Source: Octopus bimaculoides
Lineage: Eukaryota
Assembly: GCF_001194135.2 (NCBI RefSeq)
Contig: NC_068984.1
Location: 54,419,524 to 54,483,523 of the forward strand
Length of the DNA stretch: 64,000 bases
Direction of reading: 5' to 3'
Made by a program: the position numbers and the translations under genes. The notes under the pieces were generated by a model. That model made no database searches, had not been told where the DNA came from, and saw nothing but the letters and a program-made list of their open reading frames with translations. This document shows positions 11,831-24,671 of the stretch, piece by piece; the stretch's first letter is position 1; each line of letters begins with the position of its first letter.

Positions 11831-13399
11831 CCGGTTATAACTCCCGTAAAAATCCAGAGGATCAGGTTTTTACGGGAGCTGTACCGATGATTGTTAAGAG
11901 AGAGAGAGAGAGAGAGAGATACTATTGTAGTTGGTTGGATCTAATGGGTTACCTTTCTTGAGAATGGGGCACATAGTTGTGTTTTTTAAAGATCAAGGTA
12001 TATCTTTGTAGAGCGGAGAGGTCGAAAAGCTTGAAGCGTAAAAGGTCTAACTCTGAATGCCATGCTGGAGAAAGACTGAACAAATATTGTTAGGGCTAGT
12101 GACCTTGTTGATTATTAAAGATAATAGAGTACACTTGGTGCACTTTACTGTGCAGTCTGTCCCTAATCCTAATCCCAAACCCAACCCTAAATCCTAGCCC
12201 AAACTTTAAACCCAATTCTAAACCAGATGAGGTCATTTCACAGTGTTGACTACAGATACGCTAAAGTAGCAATGCGCAGTCTAAGAGATTTGATCGTGCT
12301 ACCGAATAGAAAATTTGGTTGTTGTTGGCAGTTGTGAAAATAATACCAGCTGTCATATAAATAATACTTGGCTGTCATATAAACTTTATTAACCGACAGA
12401 TGATGAAAATGAAATCTGAATAAGCAACAAATCTAATGATTAAAACCCACAATGACAAGCTCGTTTCTATAAAAGCATATGAACATTAAAAAAAATATGG
12501 TGAATACATGTACGAGAGGTAAGTCCAGGAAACCTACTTCCATTTCATTTCCAATATTCTTTACAAGAACACTTTTCTTTCTACAGAAGCGCTCTATCGT
12601 CTTTAATAACTGACAAGGTCACTGACCCTGAAAATATTCCTGCAATTTTTCTCTAATTCCCTAAGCATGTATTTATGACAATGTGTCTTTGTAATATTTT
12701 AGGTTTTACATTGATTACTTTTAGATAAGATGGTTGTATATCACGCGATTGACTTTTGAATACATTTCAAAAATCGTTCTTGCGTCGTTGTTTCTTTCTT
12801 TCAATAATACCCAAAATAATGTGTTTGTAAACGTGTTATGGCGTGTTTGCACAAAAATAGCTGGCTAAAATACAGGTAGTCATTTGATAGATTTTATGAT
12901 GAGGGAGATTTAATTGCTAACTTCTAGCTTGTCGAGCGACTGCATAGAAGATCAATCGTTAATACACCATAGTACATGTTAACTATATACATGCTTTCAG
13001 AATTTTACAAGTGCTTTATTTTTTTTCCACTCTGGATAAACCCCAAATAGAGCTTAACAGAACTTAGGTCAAGCATTGGCAATTTTTCCGAGAAACGGGC
13101 CGTATGAGATATGGTCATCATCACGCAGGTCGCACTATTTAAATAATTCAGAACTTTTCGTAAGACAAGCTGCACGCGGCCAGCGGTTTGCCCAATATTG
13201 AACTAGGAGATATTGTAAAATGTCACCAGAGAAAAAGGTTGCTAAAAGAAGTATAAAAAGACTTTAACTGCGGAAATCCAAACGAGCCCCCACCCCTTCA
13301 AATAAAAATACTTCCGCTTAAATGAATGATAAATTTAAACATTTTACTGGTTATAGGAAACTTCGTCTTTTGCTGTGACCAGTTCATGATCCGCTTCAT

Positions 13400-13740
13400 G
13401 ACAAATCTCTTATATATGTGGGATGGCGCTACAGGCATACACCCAAATCCCCATCCAGATCGTATCTAAAAGGTCTTTAATCTAACTGTAAAGACACGTT
13501 CACAAATAGACAGCAGATGCTATTTCTCTTCCTAGTCGCTTCAACCGTAACTATAAGAGCTTCTGCTCCTCTGATCTGATGGTATGCAAGCTGTGTATCG
13601 TCTCCCACCTGGTGAGTCTAATTGTCTATCATCTTTTGCCATTTCTTCAAGATTCTCCACCACAGATCCTGCACTAAACACTTACTTCCCCGAATCCTCA
13701 GTGCTACAACCCAATGAAAATCTCTTCCAGCCTCGTTTTT
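13400..13740 (+). mobile_element. Very degenerate fragment of the same LINE family
   Basis: YMWDGATGIH...DRI*KVFNL resembles the LINE C-terminal motif, and it shares cctgcactaa with the 10.8 kb copy. Confidence 0.4.
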
Positions 13741-14271
13741 TAAAATTTTATTTTACTCAAAATGAACTTCAAACGCATCAGTCTGAAATGTGAGCGTTGC
13801 TCTTTCTCATTCAAAAATAATAAAAAAAGGTGGCGATCTTACGTTACGTGTCCTTTTTGATCGCCGTAAGTAACAAAAAAGCCAGAGACATTAAAGCTTT
13901 GAAATTCATTAACTTAGAATAAATTACTAGTTCTGATTAATAAACTGTAGTTTACTTATCCATTTAAGAGTGCATGTTCGTTAAATGATTTAGTTTTATC
14001 CATTTATTTAATTTCCACAGCTAAAATACGGAGTAACCCGCCTAAAGCCATGTTGCTTTCAGCTGTCTGACCTTGTACGAAGAATTCTTCGAGACGAAGT
14101 TATATTTCTAGCAAAGAGCAACAACAAGTGTAAGCAATAAACACTTTCCTATGTAGTTACAGCTACTAGCTGCTGCATCACAACCACTATTACTAGATTC
14201 AAACAAACGTCAGTAGCCCAGATTCTCTGTTCGTGACAAGTTCGTGGTAATCCGACGTAAGCTTTTCACAC

Positions 14272-14649
14272 ATGCCTGCCAAAACGATTCCACCTAACCC
14301 TAAACTAAATGGGGTACCTATAGTGGACATCGGAGAACAAGGATTCAGCAGGTATGTCCTATGCAAAGTATACGATGGAAATAATCCTAAAGACTTCCAG
14401 TACATCGTTCGCGGTTCTACAATCGCTAAATTCCATGCAGACATTTTCGACTTGGTGGATGCTGAACTTGAAATCCATGGGCTAAACTGTATATGTGTGG
14501 GTGGTGGCAAAATGGAGCACTTACCCGAGGCTGGAACGATTCATGTGTACGGTCGATCTCAAGGATATGGCCGAGCTGACCACTCAATCACGACAGAGCT
14601 TGTGCGAGAATCATATCCTCATTACAACAGTATCACTTGGGATGACTGA
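14272..14649 (+). CDS. PHPT1: 14 kDa phosphohistidine phosphatase (PHPT1/Janus-ocnus family), intronless CDS, 125 aa
   Basis: Intact ORF with family motifs IVRG, KFHADIF (the human catalytic His53 context is EYHADIY), CVGGGK, IHVYGRSQGYGRADH and the terminal ITWDD. ATTAAA at 14729 and AATAAA at 14764, each running into an A tract. Confidence 0.93.
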   Translation: MPAKTIPPNPKLNGVPIVDIGEQGFSRYVLCKVYDGNNPKDFQYIVRGSTIAKFHADIFDLVDAELEIHGLNCICVGGGKMEHLPEAGTIHVYGRSQGYGRADHSITTELVRESYPHYNSITWDD

Positions 14650-16869
14650 CTGATGTTTCAGATATTTTTATCTTCGTTTTTGGAAGATACAAGAATCTCT
14701 ATGATTCCGAACTAAGTACAGAAAGTAAATTAAAAAAAAAAAGGTAAAACAATTCTAAAATGGAATAAAAAAAAAAAGAAAAATGTTAAAATTGTTGAAG
14801 ATAAAACAACTCGAAGTTGGAAAAATATTTTCGAGAAATATACACATCTATTTTGAGAAATTTACTTTTCTAAACGAACAATGACAATAAGTGATTAATA
14901 CGTTGTATCCAAAAGCAAACAAAATTTTATTCTAAAATTGCTAAAAAAAAAAGAAGATAATGTTGAACAATGTAGAGCTAAAAGTAAACAAAACAAATCA
15001 AAAAGAAACAAAACTGAAAAGTCGCTAATTATCTTATGACGTTAGATTGGATAAAACCGTACTTTAGGCAATTAACAAAATTATGAGGTAAGTTCTTTAA
15101 CTTGCAATTTCAAAAACTTATAAAACTTTTTCGATTAGCAATGGAAATTAAGAAGAACTAAAGATGATTTTAAAACAACAACGTAAGGTAAGGATAATGT
15201 GAACTTTGAGGAAGACATTTTAGCTTTGCATTTATTTGTTACATTTTTTTTATTAAAAAAGAATATTCTGAATTAATAACTGATTTGAAATTTACAGAGA
15301 CTATTATTGCAAGTCTTTGTTTCAAGATTTTCAATAACGTAGTTCCTACACGCATGAACAACAAACACTCGCATGAATATATACCACACGCACTGACAGT
15401 ACAAAGTATCCCAAAACATACTATTTTGTTTTCACATTTACTTATCCTCTGTTTTACTGGATACACCTGAAATTTGAACCACATCAAGAGTAGAATGCAA
15501 CAGTTCTTTTTTTCTTGTTTACTTTTCAAAAATCTGTGTTTGTGTGCAAACGCGTGTGTAATTGAGAGCATCCATGTGTATGCATTAGTTGAAGTGTGCT
15601 CGCAACCTGGCGGCAAACTGCGTATTATTTTTGTTTCTTCTCAGTACGGAATTATTTTCATGACGTAGTTCTTCATTCTGCAGGAATCTTGTGTCTTAAA
15701 AAGTACTTGCTTGAGAGATAGTACTTACGAGATTTAAGATTATTTCTTTAGCTTAAAAATTTTCGGCAAAATTCATTTACTTTTCTAGCAGAACAGATTA
15801 TGTGGTACCTTTAGATATAGCTTTATCATTCCTAATTAAACTGGTTGCCATAATAATTAACTGTTACATTTGCTCAAATAAGGAATCTTATACCTGATTT
15901 TTCCGTCTATTCGCAAATAAAACTTCACACATTAAAAAAAAAACCAATAATAATAATGAGCTTATAGTACGCAGCGCTCAAGTGCGGCATGTGTTTATCT
16001 TCCTTTCAATATGCATAATAAATGTTAAAAAAGATATTACTTGCGAAGATATGACTTCAGAGTACTATAAAAATAACTGAGTTCCTGATTGACGTAGTTG
16101 CTGCCAGACACCTGATTTTAATATACAAACCATAAAGTAGAGGTAGTCTTAAACGTTTCAACGTGTTTTGGGTAAAACAAGTCTAAGGGAGGCAATTATG
16201 AAATGTTTTTCTTTTATTTACCTGATTTTATTCATCATAAAAGTTATAAATATTTGACATTAATTAAAAATTTAAGGAAAAGTAAAAACATAATTATATG
16301 ACTAATTTAAAATAATGACTTGAATTTGATTAGTATTGCTATAGAAAAATTAACACCTCAAATCCAGTAGCTGAATATATTGTAAGTGAACGGAAGTTTA
16401 TTTATGTAAACATTTCTATTAACATTAGATTAGACACTTGCCTATTTGTGGGCATATACGTTCTAGCAGCATTACCTGGCCTTTTCGGTTTATCAATGTC
16501 TTGAAAAGACGCAGTCACCTGAATTTATTATATTTGTGATAAATTGTTGTCAAAAGAAGCAGAAATTTTCATTTTGTCCGGTGAAATTGCTTCACTCAGA
16601 ATTGTTGCATCCAGACTATCCAGGGGAATATTTACAAGAAGGCGCAATAAATGAATAAACAATATACAACCTAAAATATATTTTTTACTCTACTTTAATT
16701 TGTGGGATAGTATGTTCTATTTAAAATACTACATAAATTTGCATAATTAGTTTCAATTATGTTTTGTAAGCGTAATTTTCCCTATGTCTTTTGTAGCAGT
16801 GAGGGAAGATACCAGATTCTTAGTTATATATATAATCAAAAAGTATCAGAAAATGTCACGTAGCCTATT

Positions 16870-17225
16870 GTTTCAGTCAGTAGACCTGGACCATGCTGGA
16901 GCACTACCTTGAAGGTTTTTTTTTATCAAAAAAATTGAACCCAGGAATTATCTCTTTCTTAAATTTGGTTTTTATTCTATCACTCCCTTTTGCTGAACCG
17001 CCAAATTAGCACCTGTCGTGTGTGTGGGGGTGTCAACCACAACAGCTGTTGTGGTTGACACCCCCCCCCCCCCGACAGGCTTCTTTCAGTTTCTGCCAGT
17101 CAAATCCACTCATAAGGCTTTGGTTGACCTGAGGCTATCATAGAAGACATTTGCTCAAGGTACCACTAAGTGGGACTGAACTTGAAACTATGACATCAGA
17201 AAGCAAAATTCTTACCATACAGTTG
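16870..17225 (-). mobile_element. tRNA-derived SINE family B, rearranged copy
   Basis: Contains ggcttctttcagtttc...aaatccactcataaggctttggt...agaagacatttgctcaagg...gtgggactgaac. The middle is replaced by a palindrome. Confidence 0.75.
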
Positions 17226-17599
17226 TGATGCTAACAGCAAATAACTTTACTAATCTTTCAAACTTTATATTCATTAGTCTTTCCTGACTCAGACCATCAG
17301 TATTTTTTTAGATTTCAGATTTCTTTACTATTTAAATATGGTAATGACTAGGTTATATATCGCTGAATATAAAATATTTTATACAGAACCTGTGGTTAAT
17401 GGTTTTGTAGCTTAGTAAACTTATTGTTAAAGTGTTAATAGCTAAGGAAAGCAATTGTTAAAATTTACCACAGGGTACTCATGGTTGTAATTTATATATA
17501 TATAAACTTTAAGATGTTAGTGATCAGATTGACATTCTTAATTACATACTTACCAGTACACACACAAACACATCAGTCACAAAGGAAATAGATGATATG

Positions 17600-17985
17600 A
17601 TTGGTTCTGATTATTGGGATCAACTTGAGAAGCTCAGAGTTTTATTCCCTCTAATGTTAGTGTTAGCGCTTTATCATTTATATGATATGAAAAATTTTCT
17701 AACAGCTGCCCAAATGATGCTGGCATCAAATTTAAAATTCACCCAAGTTTTTGTCCCTGTGTCCAACTCATGCTTGCATTGCATCACAACACTAAGACAG
17801 AACTAATTCCCCTCATTTGGCACTGTTCTCTTTAACACCATATCAAGACACAAGGGAAGATACAGATCTCATAACATTCAAATGATTTCTGGATGAATAT
17901 CTCCAACAAATTCCAGATATACAACCTACAGCTGGATATATCTCTGCAAACAATTACTCTTTACTTGAATAGGCTTTGGTAGCCA
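17600..17985 (+). mobile_element. Degenerate LINE 3' end
   Basis: GTVLFNTI...FK*FLDEYLQQIPDIQPTAGYISANNYSLLE resembles CR1/Jockey ORF2 C-termini. Confidence 0.5.
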
Positions 17986-18081
17986 AAGAATGACTGTAAT
18001 ATGAAACCTCATTAAATATCTTTTCCGGGTGGTGCTATCAAGTTTGTCATGTCATGGCCTGGGCCAATTCTAGCCAAAACT

Positions 18082-18136
<55 letters not shown>

Positions 18137-19269
18137 ATGCATGCATGCACTCAGACTCATTGATTTAGTGAACAAGAATATAAGTAGAATATTTCTTTCT
18201 TAATCTTGTGGTTTTATGCCAAACTTTATATTGTTCAGTATAATATTGGACTGTACACCAAGCTCTGCCATCTATTATGCAAAATTTAGTTGACATTCTT
18301 TGTGCCTGAATTACTTAGAATCTCTCTTATGCAAATGTGTGCACACCTTCACGAAGTCCTGATTTCTTTCTAATTGAACAGCACTTGTGAGAAAACTGAG
18401 ATCGCTGTAGCTGAGGAGAAAACTAAGTCACATAATTCAACCATTCACTGCATTAGCCCAGTCTGTAACAGTTTCTAGCAGAGTTTATGAAGGTGATGGA
18501 ATTTTATTAAGTTATATGTGAAATATCCCTTGAGTGTAAACATGCAGTTTCCCTTCTGATAGGAATCCTGTTAAAACTGTGTACATTGACTTCCTTCACA
18601 TTTCATTACAATGAATGGTAACAAAAGAATCAAGAAACCCACTGATGGCTGATCAAGTGATTACTTCAGCAATCAATTAATAAATTGGTTAATTCGGTTA
18701 TTAGTTGGCTAATAATAATGAAAAGAAGTGAAATAGAACCAGTATCAGTGTTCATATTGGCAAATTGACCCACATGCGATACAACAGAAATAAACATTAT
18801 TGCTAAGTAAGGTAGATAAATAAAATGGCATATTTTGTAATGAGACAAGATAATATGGTTTACAGTGATTAGTATTGGTTCACTACATTCTGAGTTAAAA
18901 TATCACAGCTGTTACATATATATATATAAATATTACTTCTACCTGTTCAAATCCCACCAATGCCAACTTCTGAGGTTGATTAAATAAAGTACCAATGAAA
19001 TACTGGATCCATTTGTATTTCTCTACTTCATTACGAATGGAATAAAACATAGGGATTCACTCCATGAAATACACCTCTTGCTTTCATCAAAAGATATTAT
19101 ATTAGAGCTGTTGTTAAGATTTTTTAAAAGAGATTTTATGCATTATACAATGTGTCCTTCACCTTTCAAGGCTGTAGATTATGATTTGTGGGAGATTTCA
19201 CTGCTATTTTTAGCAGATAAAGCGACACATTAGGGCTAGGATATATAACTATATCTATATATAAATGTG

Positions 19270-19442
19270 TATGTATCTTGATATTATTTAAAATGTGTGT
19301 GTGTGTGTACATATATATATGTGTATTGTATATATATGTATCTATATATATGTATCTATATGTATGTCTGTCTGTATGTATCTATGTGTATGTATGTGTG
19401 CACATATATATCTATGATTATGTATGTATATGTGTCTATATA

Positions 19443-19481
<39 letters not shown>

Positions 19482-19560
19482 ATATATATATGTGTGTGTT
19501 TGTGTGTGTGTACATATATATATATATATATATATCTGTACATATATATATATATGTACA
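19270..19560. repeat. Complex (TA)/(TG)/(TATG) microsatellite
   Basis: Low-complexity tract that produces several spurious Y/I/C/V-rich ORFs. Confidence 0.95.
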
Positions 19561-19771
19561 GATACTTGTGTTATATACAAGAGGGTGCCTCTGTGCAGCC
19601 CCTTGAATTGCTACAAGTAGCATCCAAATCTCCATTAAGTTACACATCATAGTGCTTTTTAAAAGTGAAGGGTGCATTGGATAAGATGCTCAGTGTTACT
19701 GCCAAGTAACACAGTCTTTATGATACAGGATGTGCATGTGTGGTGTGAGTGCATGTGTGTCTATGTGTGTG

Positions 19772-19820
<49 letters not shown>

Positions 19821-19949
19821 TAGCTGGTGTACCCCGTAATTCCTGGGAATAAAGATGCTCTATTGAAATACCTTATTACTCTGATATAAGAAAGCAATTT
19901 CATTATAACTGACACAAAAGGTGCATTTTCTGTCATGAAAAAGTAGAAA

Positions 19950-20870
19950 AACTGTCAGTTGGAGGATTGCTGGAGGTTGGCGAGAGAGGTTTTTGGAGGT
20001 TGGTGAGAAAGGTTGTTGGATGTGGTCAAGAGAGGTCATCGGAGGTTGTCGAGAGAGGTTGCAGAAGTATCCCTCACTCAGGTTTGATGGACAGCTGCAG
20101 ACAATATGTTCCTGAGTCATCCTCCCCTGTCACAAAGAGTAAGCTGGTAACTCCAATTCCCTCCAACAAAACAATTTGGATGGCTTTAGTAGATGTCATA
20201 GACAGGATTAAGAATCTTATTTGATTGTATTGAGCTTTTCAAAGCTGAAACTATTAGACTGAGCACTCCACCGTTTACTCCCATCTTGTTCAGGTTCCTT
20301 TCTGTCACATTCCAACCATCCTACAAGGTTATGCCTCCTCAACTGTCATTTGCATCTCATTGTGGATCAGTAGCCTCCAGACATATTGAGGAGTCGCACT
20401 GCTACCTTGGTCAATCCTTTCCTGAGTACATGCAGTTACCTACACTCTGTCTTAGCCACAACTCGTGCCATACATCCATAGCTTCTGCTGTCTTTCATTC
20501 TATCTTGTTCTGATTACAATTCTGGCTTGAGAAAATTTTGGGTTGTAAATCTTTTGGTATTGTTGCATCCCACTACAATGAGTCATCACAAATTTTTCTG
20601 TCAGGCTGCTGATGGGGAACTTCTACTTGTTTTGCCTACATGGGGTGATGTTGATCAAGCTTTGTAGTTGTCCCAGTCATTTTCATAGAAGCATGCTGAT
20701 CTTCAGTTCAAAGCCCTTGGTTATGGCTATCAGGATCCCATAGATCAATAGGAGTCAAAAAATATGTGGCATGATAGCATACAGGCCTTGAACTTTCCAG
20801 ATAGGCTTGTCTTGTCCACTGTAGATAGCAACAACTTTCGCCTCTTGGTTTGTTGTATCTGCAGTCAAAC
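19950..20870 (-). mobile_element. Degenerate RTE-type LINE fragment
   Basis: Weak remnants (EGYFCNLS; VVAIYSGQD...GKFKACMLS) resembling the RTE endonuclease-RT linker, with many stops. Confidence 0.35.
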
Positions 20871-21690
20871 ACCTATACATATATATACATATACATACAC
20901 AAGCATACATACATGTGTATGTATGTGTGAGAGAGACGGAGAGAAGAAGGAGAGATTCAAGGTTGAGGCATTAAAATAGATAAATAGCAACTTTGAGATA
21001 ATTCAACCAATTGTAAAATCCTGCACAAACACTAATTCATTTGTAACCTAATCAAAAGAAAACACATTTGTATATATACAAGATACTCATATGAAAGAGT
21101 GTAGGAACTATGACTTCTAGAGTCTCTCCCAAAGACAAATGACACTTTGATGACTTGTTTGATGATGGTGTCACCAATGCAGTTGGTGTTTAGTCTCAAC
21201 ATTTCTGCATTGATGTCTATTGTAAAAAATGTGGTCCAGGAATGAATCATTGAAGATTATAGTTCTGGCTGTTGTCATATTTACTGAAAAGTTTTGGAGG
21301 TGAGGGTGCTGGGATGAGAGATGGTGTGGAACAATAGGTACAGGTGGAAGAGTTACACAGCTATCACCTAGTTCAGAATAGCTATTGTTGCAGCCATAAG
21401 GGAATAGGCTTACATCAAGCTTATCACAGATGATCATGTTTTTTGGAAAACCTATTCCTGCCGATCTAGCAACTATTTTGTTATGTGTTAAGATCAGAAA
21501 TGTTAGCTGGCATTTTAGATTTATTATTCATGTTATAACACTGAGTTTCTTCTCTTAAATGTAACATTTTATGTGTTACTCTGATATTAGTAGGAATGCT
21601 ATTATGTGGCTGTATGTGGATCTACAATGTGTGTGTGTGTGTATCAGTTTACATAAATACACTCTTCTGTGCACTTGTGATATAAAAATA

Positions 21691-21790
21691 NNNNNNNNNN
21701 NNNNNNNNNNNNNNNNNNNNNNNNNNNNNNNNNNNNNNNNNNNNNNNNNNNNNNNNNNNNNNNNNNNNNNNNNNNNNNNNNNNNNNNNNN
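21691..21790. other. Assembly gap (100 N); other gaps at 22894-22903, 38764-38773 and 57053-57080
   Basis: N runs, mostly next to TA microsatellites. Confidence 0.99.
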
Positions 21791-21821
<31 letters not shown>

Positions 21822-22850
21822 GGTGTATAAAAAAAAAAAACCAACGTAAGCTTGACATAAACTGTAGTTTTGTTTAGCCATTAACTGTGTAACTTTAAAT
21901 ACGTGTGAATATTTCGTGTTATTTTCTTTATACACAGAAAAATAAAGGAAGACATTGTCCTGATATGTTCCATCGTTCATTGACCAGACATTATATGTCA
22001 AGTATCACTTCTTTTCTCTGTCCTTGAGGAAAACTTATTGTAGTAAATAACTATTTAAATTAAATATAAGCTGAAAATTAGGTGTAATGGGTTAGGCTAA
22101 TTTGCATACTGTGTGTGCTTCTTGGTGGTGTGATTAAATAATTAATAAATATTTATGTACAATACTGTATGCACAAATCAGTGCTAAGAAATATAACATT
22201 ATTCATATAATTTGTCGTTGCTTATGATTAGAATTGACCAGTTTATATAAAAATTCCAGTGTTTATGAAACAATTACAAAATTCATTTTTTTCACCCATC
22301 TTTAAATTATGGAGATATTCTTAATTGATATAATATAAATTTTAGTCTTTTTTCCTATATTTGAATGTTTTCTATTATTATCTCTCAAGCATTTACATTC
22401 TAAATTATTCTTTAAGCTCTTATAGACAAATACAGAAGTAGTTTATGGACTAAATATATTACTTTTCAAAAAAACAATAATTCAATATATACTTTACTTT
22501 TGCGCTGCCTTTTTTAACATTAAATGTTTGTAAAAAATTACTATGTAATACCAAATGTTTTTCACACTTCTTTGTCTCCCCTTGTTTGTCTATCCATCTG
22601 TTTCTAACGCTCTCACTCACACTCTGTCTCTCTATATAGATATGTGCGTGCACACACACTCACACATACAGACACACACACCACCACCAACAACAACAAC
22701 AACAACAGCAACCTTCCTTTCTTAATATCAGATATTTACTTCTGATAAGTAAATTGCTTATTCAATTTTCTGAATAATGTTAGATTTTTGTATTTTCAGA
22801 TTTATACTGACATGAAACCAGCCAGATAAACATCTGGCACATTTATATGA

Positions 22851-22893
<43 letters not shown>

Positions 22894-22903
22894 NNNNNNN
22901 NNN

Positions 22904-22944
<41 letters not shown>

Positions 22945-23925
22945 GGTTCACGCATATACACACAGAGCCCTAAAATTCCTGGTATCCAGTGACTTAATTA
23001 AATATGTACAATGTGCTGTAGAAATATTCATTTATATATTATAATTGTATGTAAACAATTTCACAGACAAAGTGCAGTGTTTTTAATATTCTTTGAAAAA
23101 AGAATGTATTTTGAACTTCATACTTTTCTAATATAATTTTTACCCCAATTGCAAATATGAAAATTCAGAGTATTTTTATTGTAATGAATGACAAAAGATT
23201 TCTCTTCCACACAACTGGTGGGGAGTATTATGTGATCATAAATTCAAAGTCAGTTTTATATATTTACTAGCATTTTACCAATGCTTCTAAATGATACCTT
23301 TTAAAGGTACAATTATTTGGTAACTTTGGCAATTTATTTTATTATTTTGAAATCTTTTCGAAAATATTGCCAATAAGGTAACACAGTTTTTCTCAATGTA
23401 ATGACAAAGAAACAATAGTGATTTACTATTGTTGAATTATATTTATATTGTGCATCTATTTTGGTTTATATTGAATCAATATATCAAGATGACAAATTTC
23501 TTAGATTATTATTTTTATCTGGTTACCTGTCTGTTCTTGCTGGTAAAATTCTAAAGTGATTTTTAAATGATTTTTCTTTACATCTTTTAAGAACTAGAAA
23601 TTAAACTGTGATATTTGATACTTAAGTGTGAATTTCTTTAAATAAATGTATTGAAAATGTATATGCTTAAATGCTCTTCATTAATTATTTTAGCAAAGAT
23701 TTACTTTTCAGTCTTTCAAATAAAATTTCCTGAAATGTATCTATAATAATAATGAGGTTGCAAACATGTTGATACATATAATATGTAGCTGAAAAAACAA
23801 AAACGAGAAAACCCTTCGCTTCTATCATTTTCCTAAGTCAAAACTCATAGTCTCTAAAAGAATCAAATGAACCAACTAGCCTGTTACTTTAATCACCTAA
23901 TCTGAAGATATGAAACTGGAAGTGC

Positions 23926-23962
<37 letters not shown>

Positions 23963-24629
23963 ATTGTTCATAAGCAGTTCCATAGTTGTTAAATGTTTCA
24001 CTATCTTAAATAAAAGCTATGTTGAACAATATAATTCATGATATACAATAAATGGGATTATCACCATTGGAGTGCCTTTCACCATAGTTTTGTTTGACTT
24101 CATCTGATCTGGAACAGAACAATAATAAAGTTTACTTAGCACCAAGAAGGCAAGGGCCTATGCATGGTCATTTGGCCTGCTAGATACAGTAGCCAAATTT
24201 CCTTCAAATCACACCCTACTATCTTAAATCTGAGAAGTACACATTGGAAAATACAGTTCTATTTATGTATACAGAAAAAACTTATGTTTGTATACTTGAC
24301 AGAATGTATTGTTCAGAAATCAAGGTGTCTCTCTATGTTCAGCTGCTCCTTCATCACATCAGGACGTTGCAGCTCTGGTACTATGGACATGATTAGAATG
24401 CTGCTGTAGAAAAATTGCAAGATGGATTCTTCAAGCTGAGCCATCCAGTGAGAAAACCTAGGGGGATGACCAACAGTATATCCATAGTCTCAGCTGGTCA
24501 TGCTTAGGAATCCAACCAGAAAGTCTCATGATGGTTGCTTCTTATAGGACCCTATGGAGGAGGTGCCGAGGACTTTACTACCCCTCATGAGTCTTCCAGG
24601 AATAGTGGGTAGAGAAGATGGCTGACTGG

Positions 24630-24671
<42 letters not shown>

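Noticed and set aside
12160-12225. Fourth telomere-like tract
   Set aside because: Too degenerate, with no convincing TIR or TSD; it may be an old relic of the same class.
14284-14310. Telomere-like cctaaccctaaa inside the PHPT1 CDS
   Set aside because: Only about two units, explained by the Pro-Asn-Pro-Lys codons.
19278-19677. Overlapping ORFs rich in Y/I/C/V/H/T (also 21571-22001, 22758-23044 and 32755-33024)
   Set aside because: These are translations of TA/TG microsatellites and N gaps.
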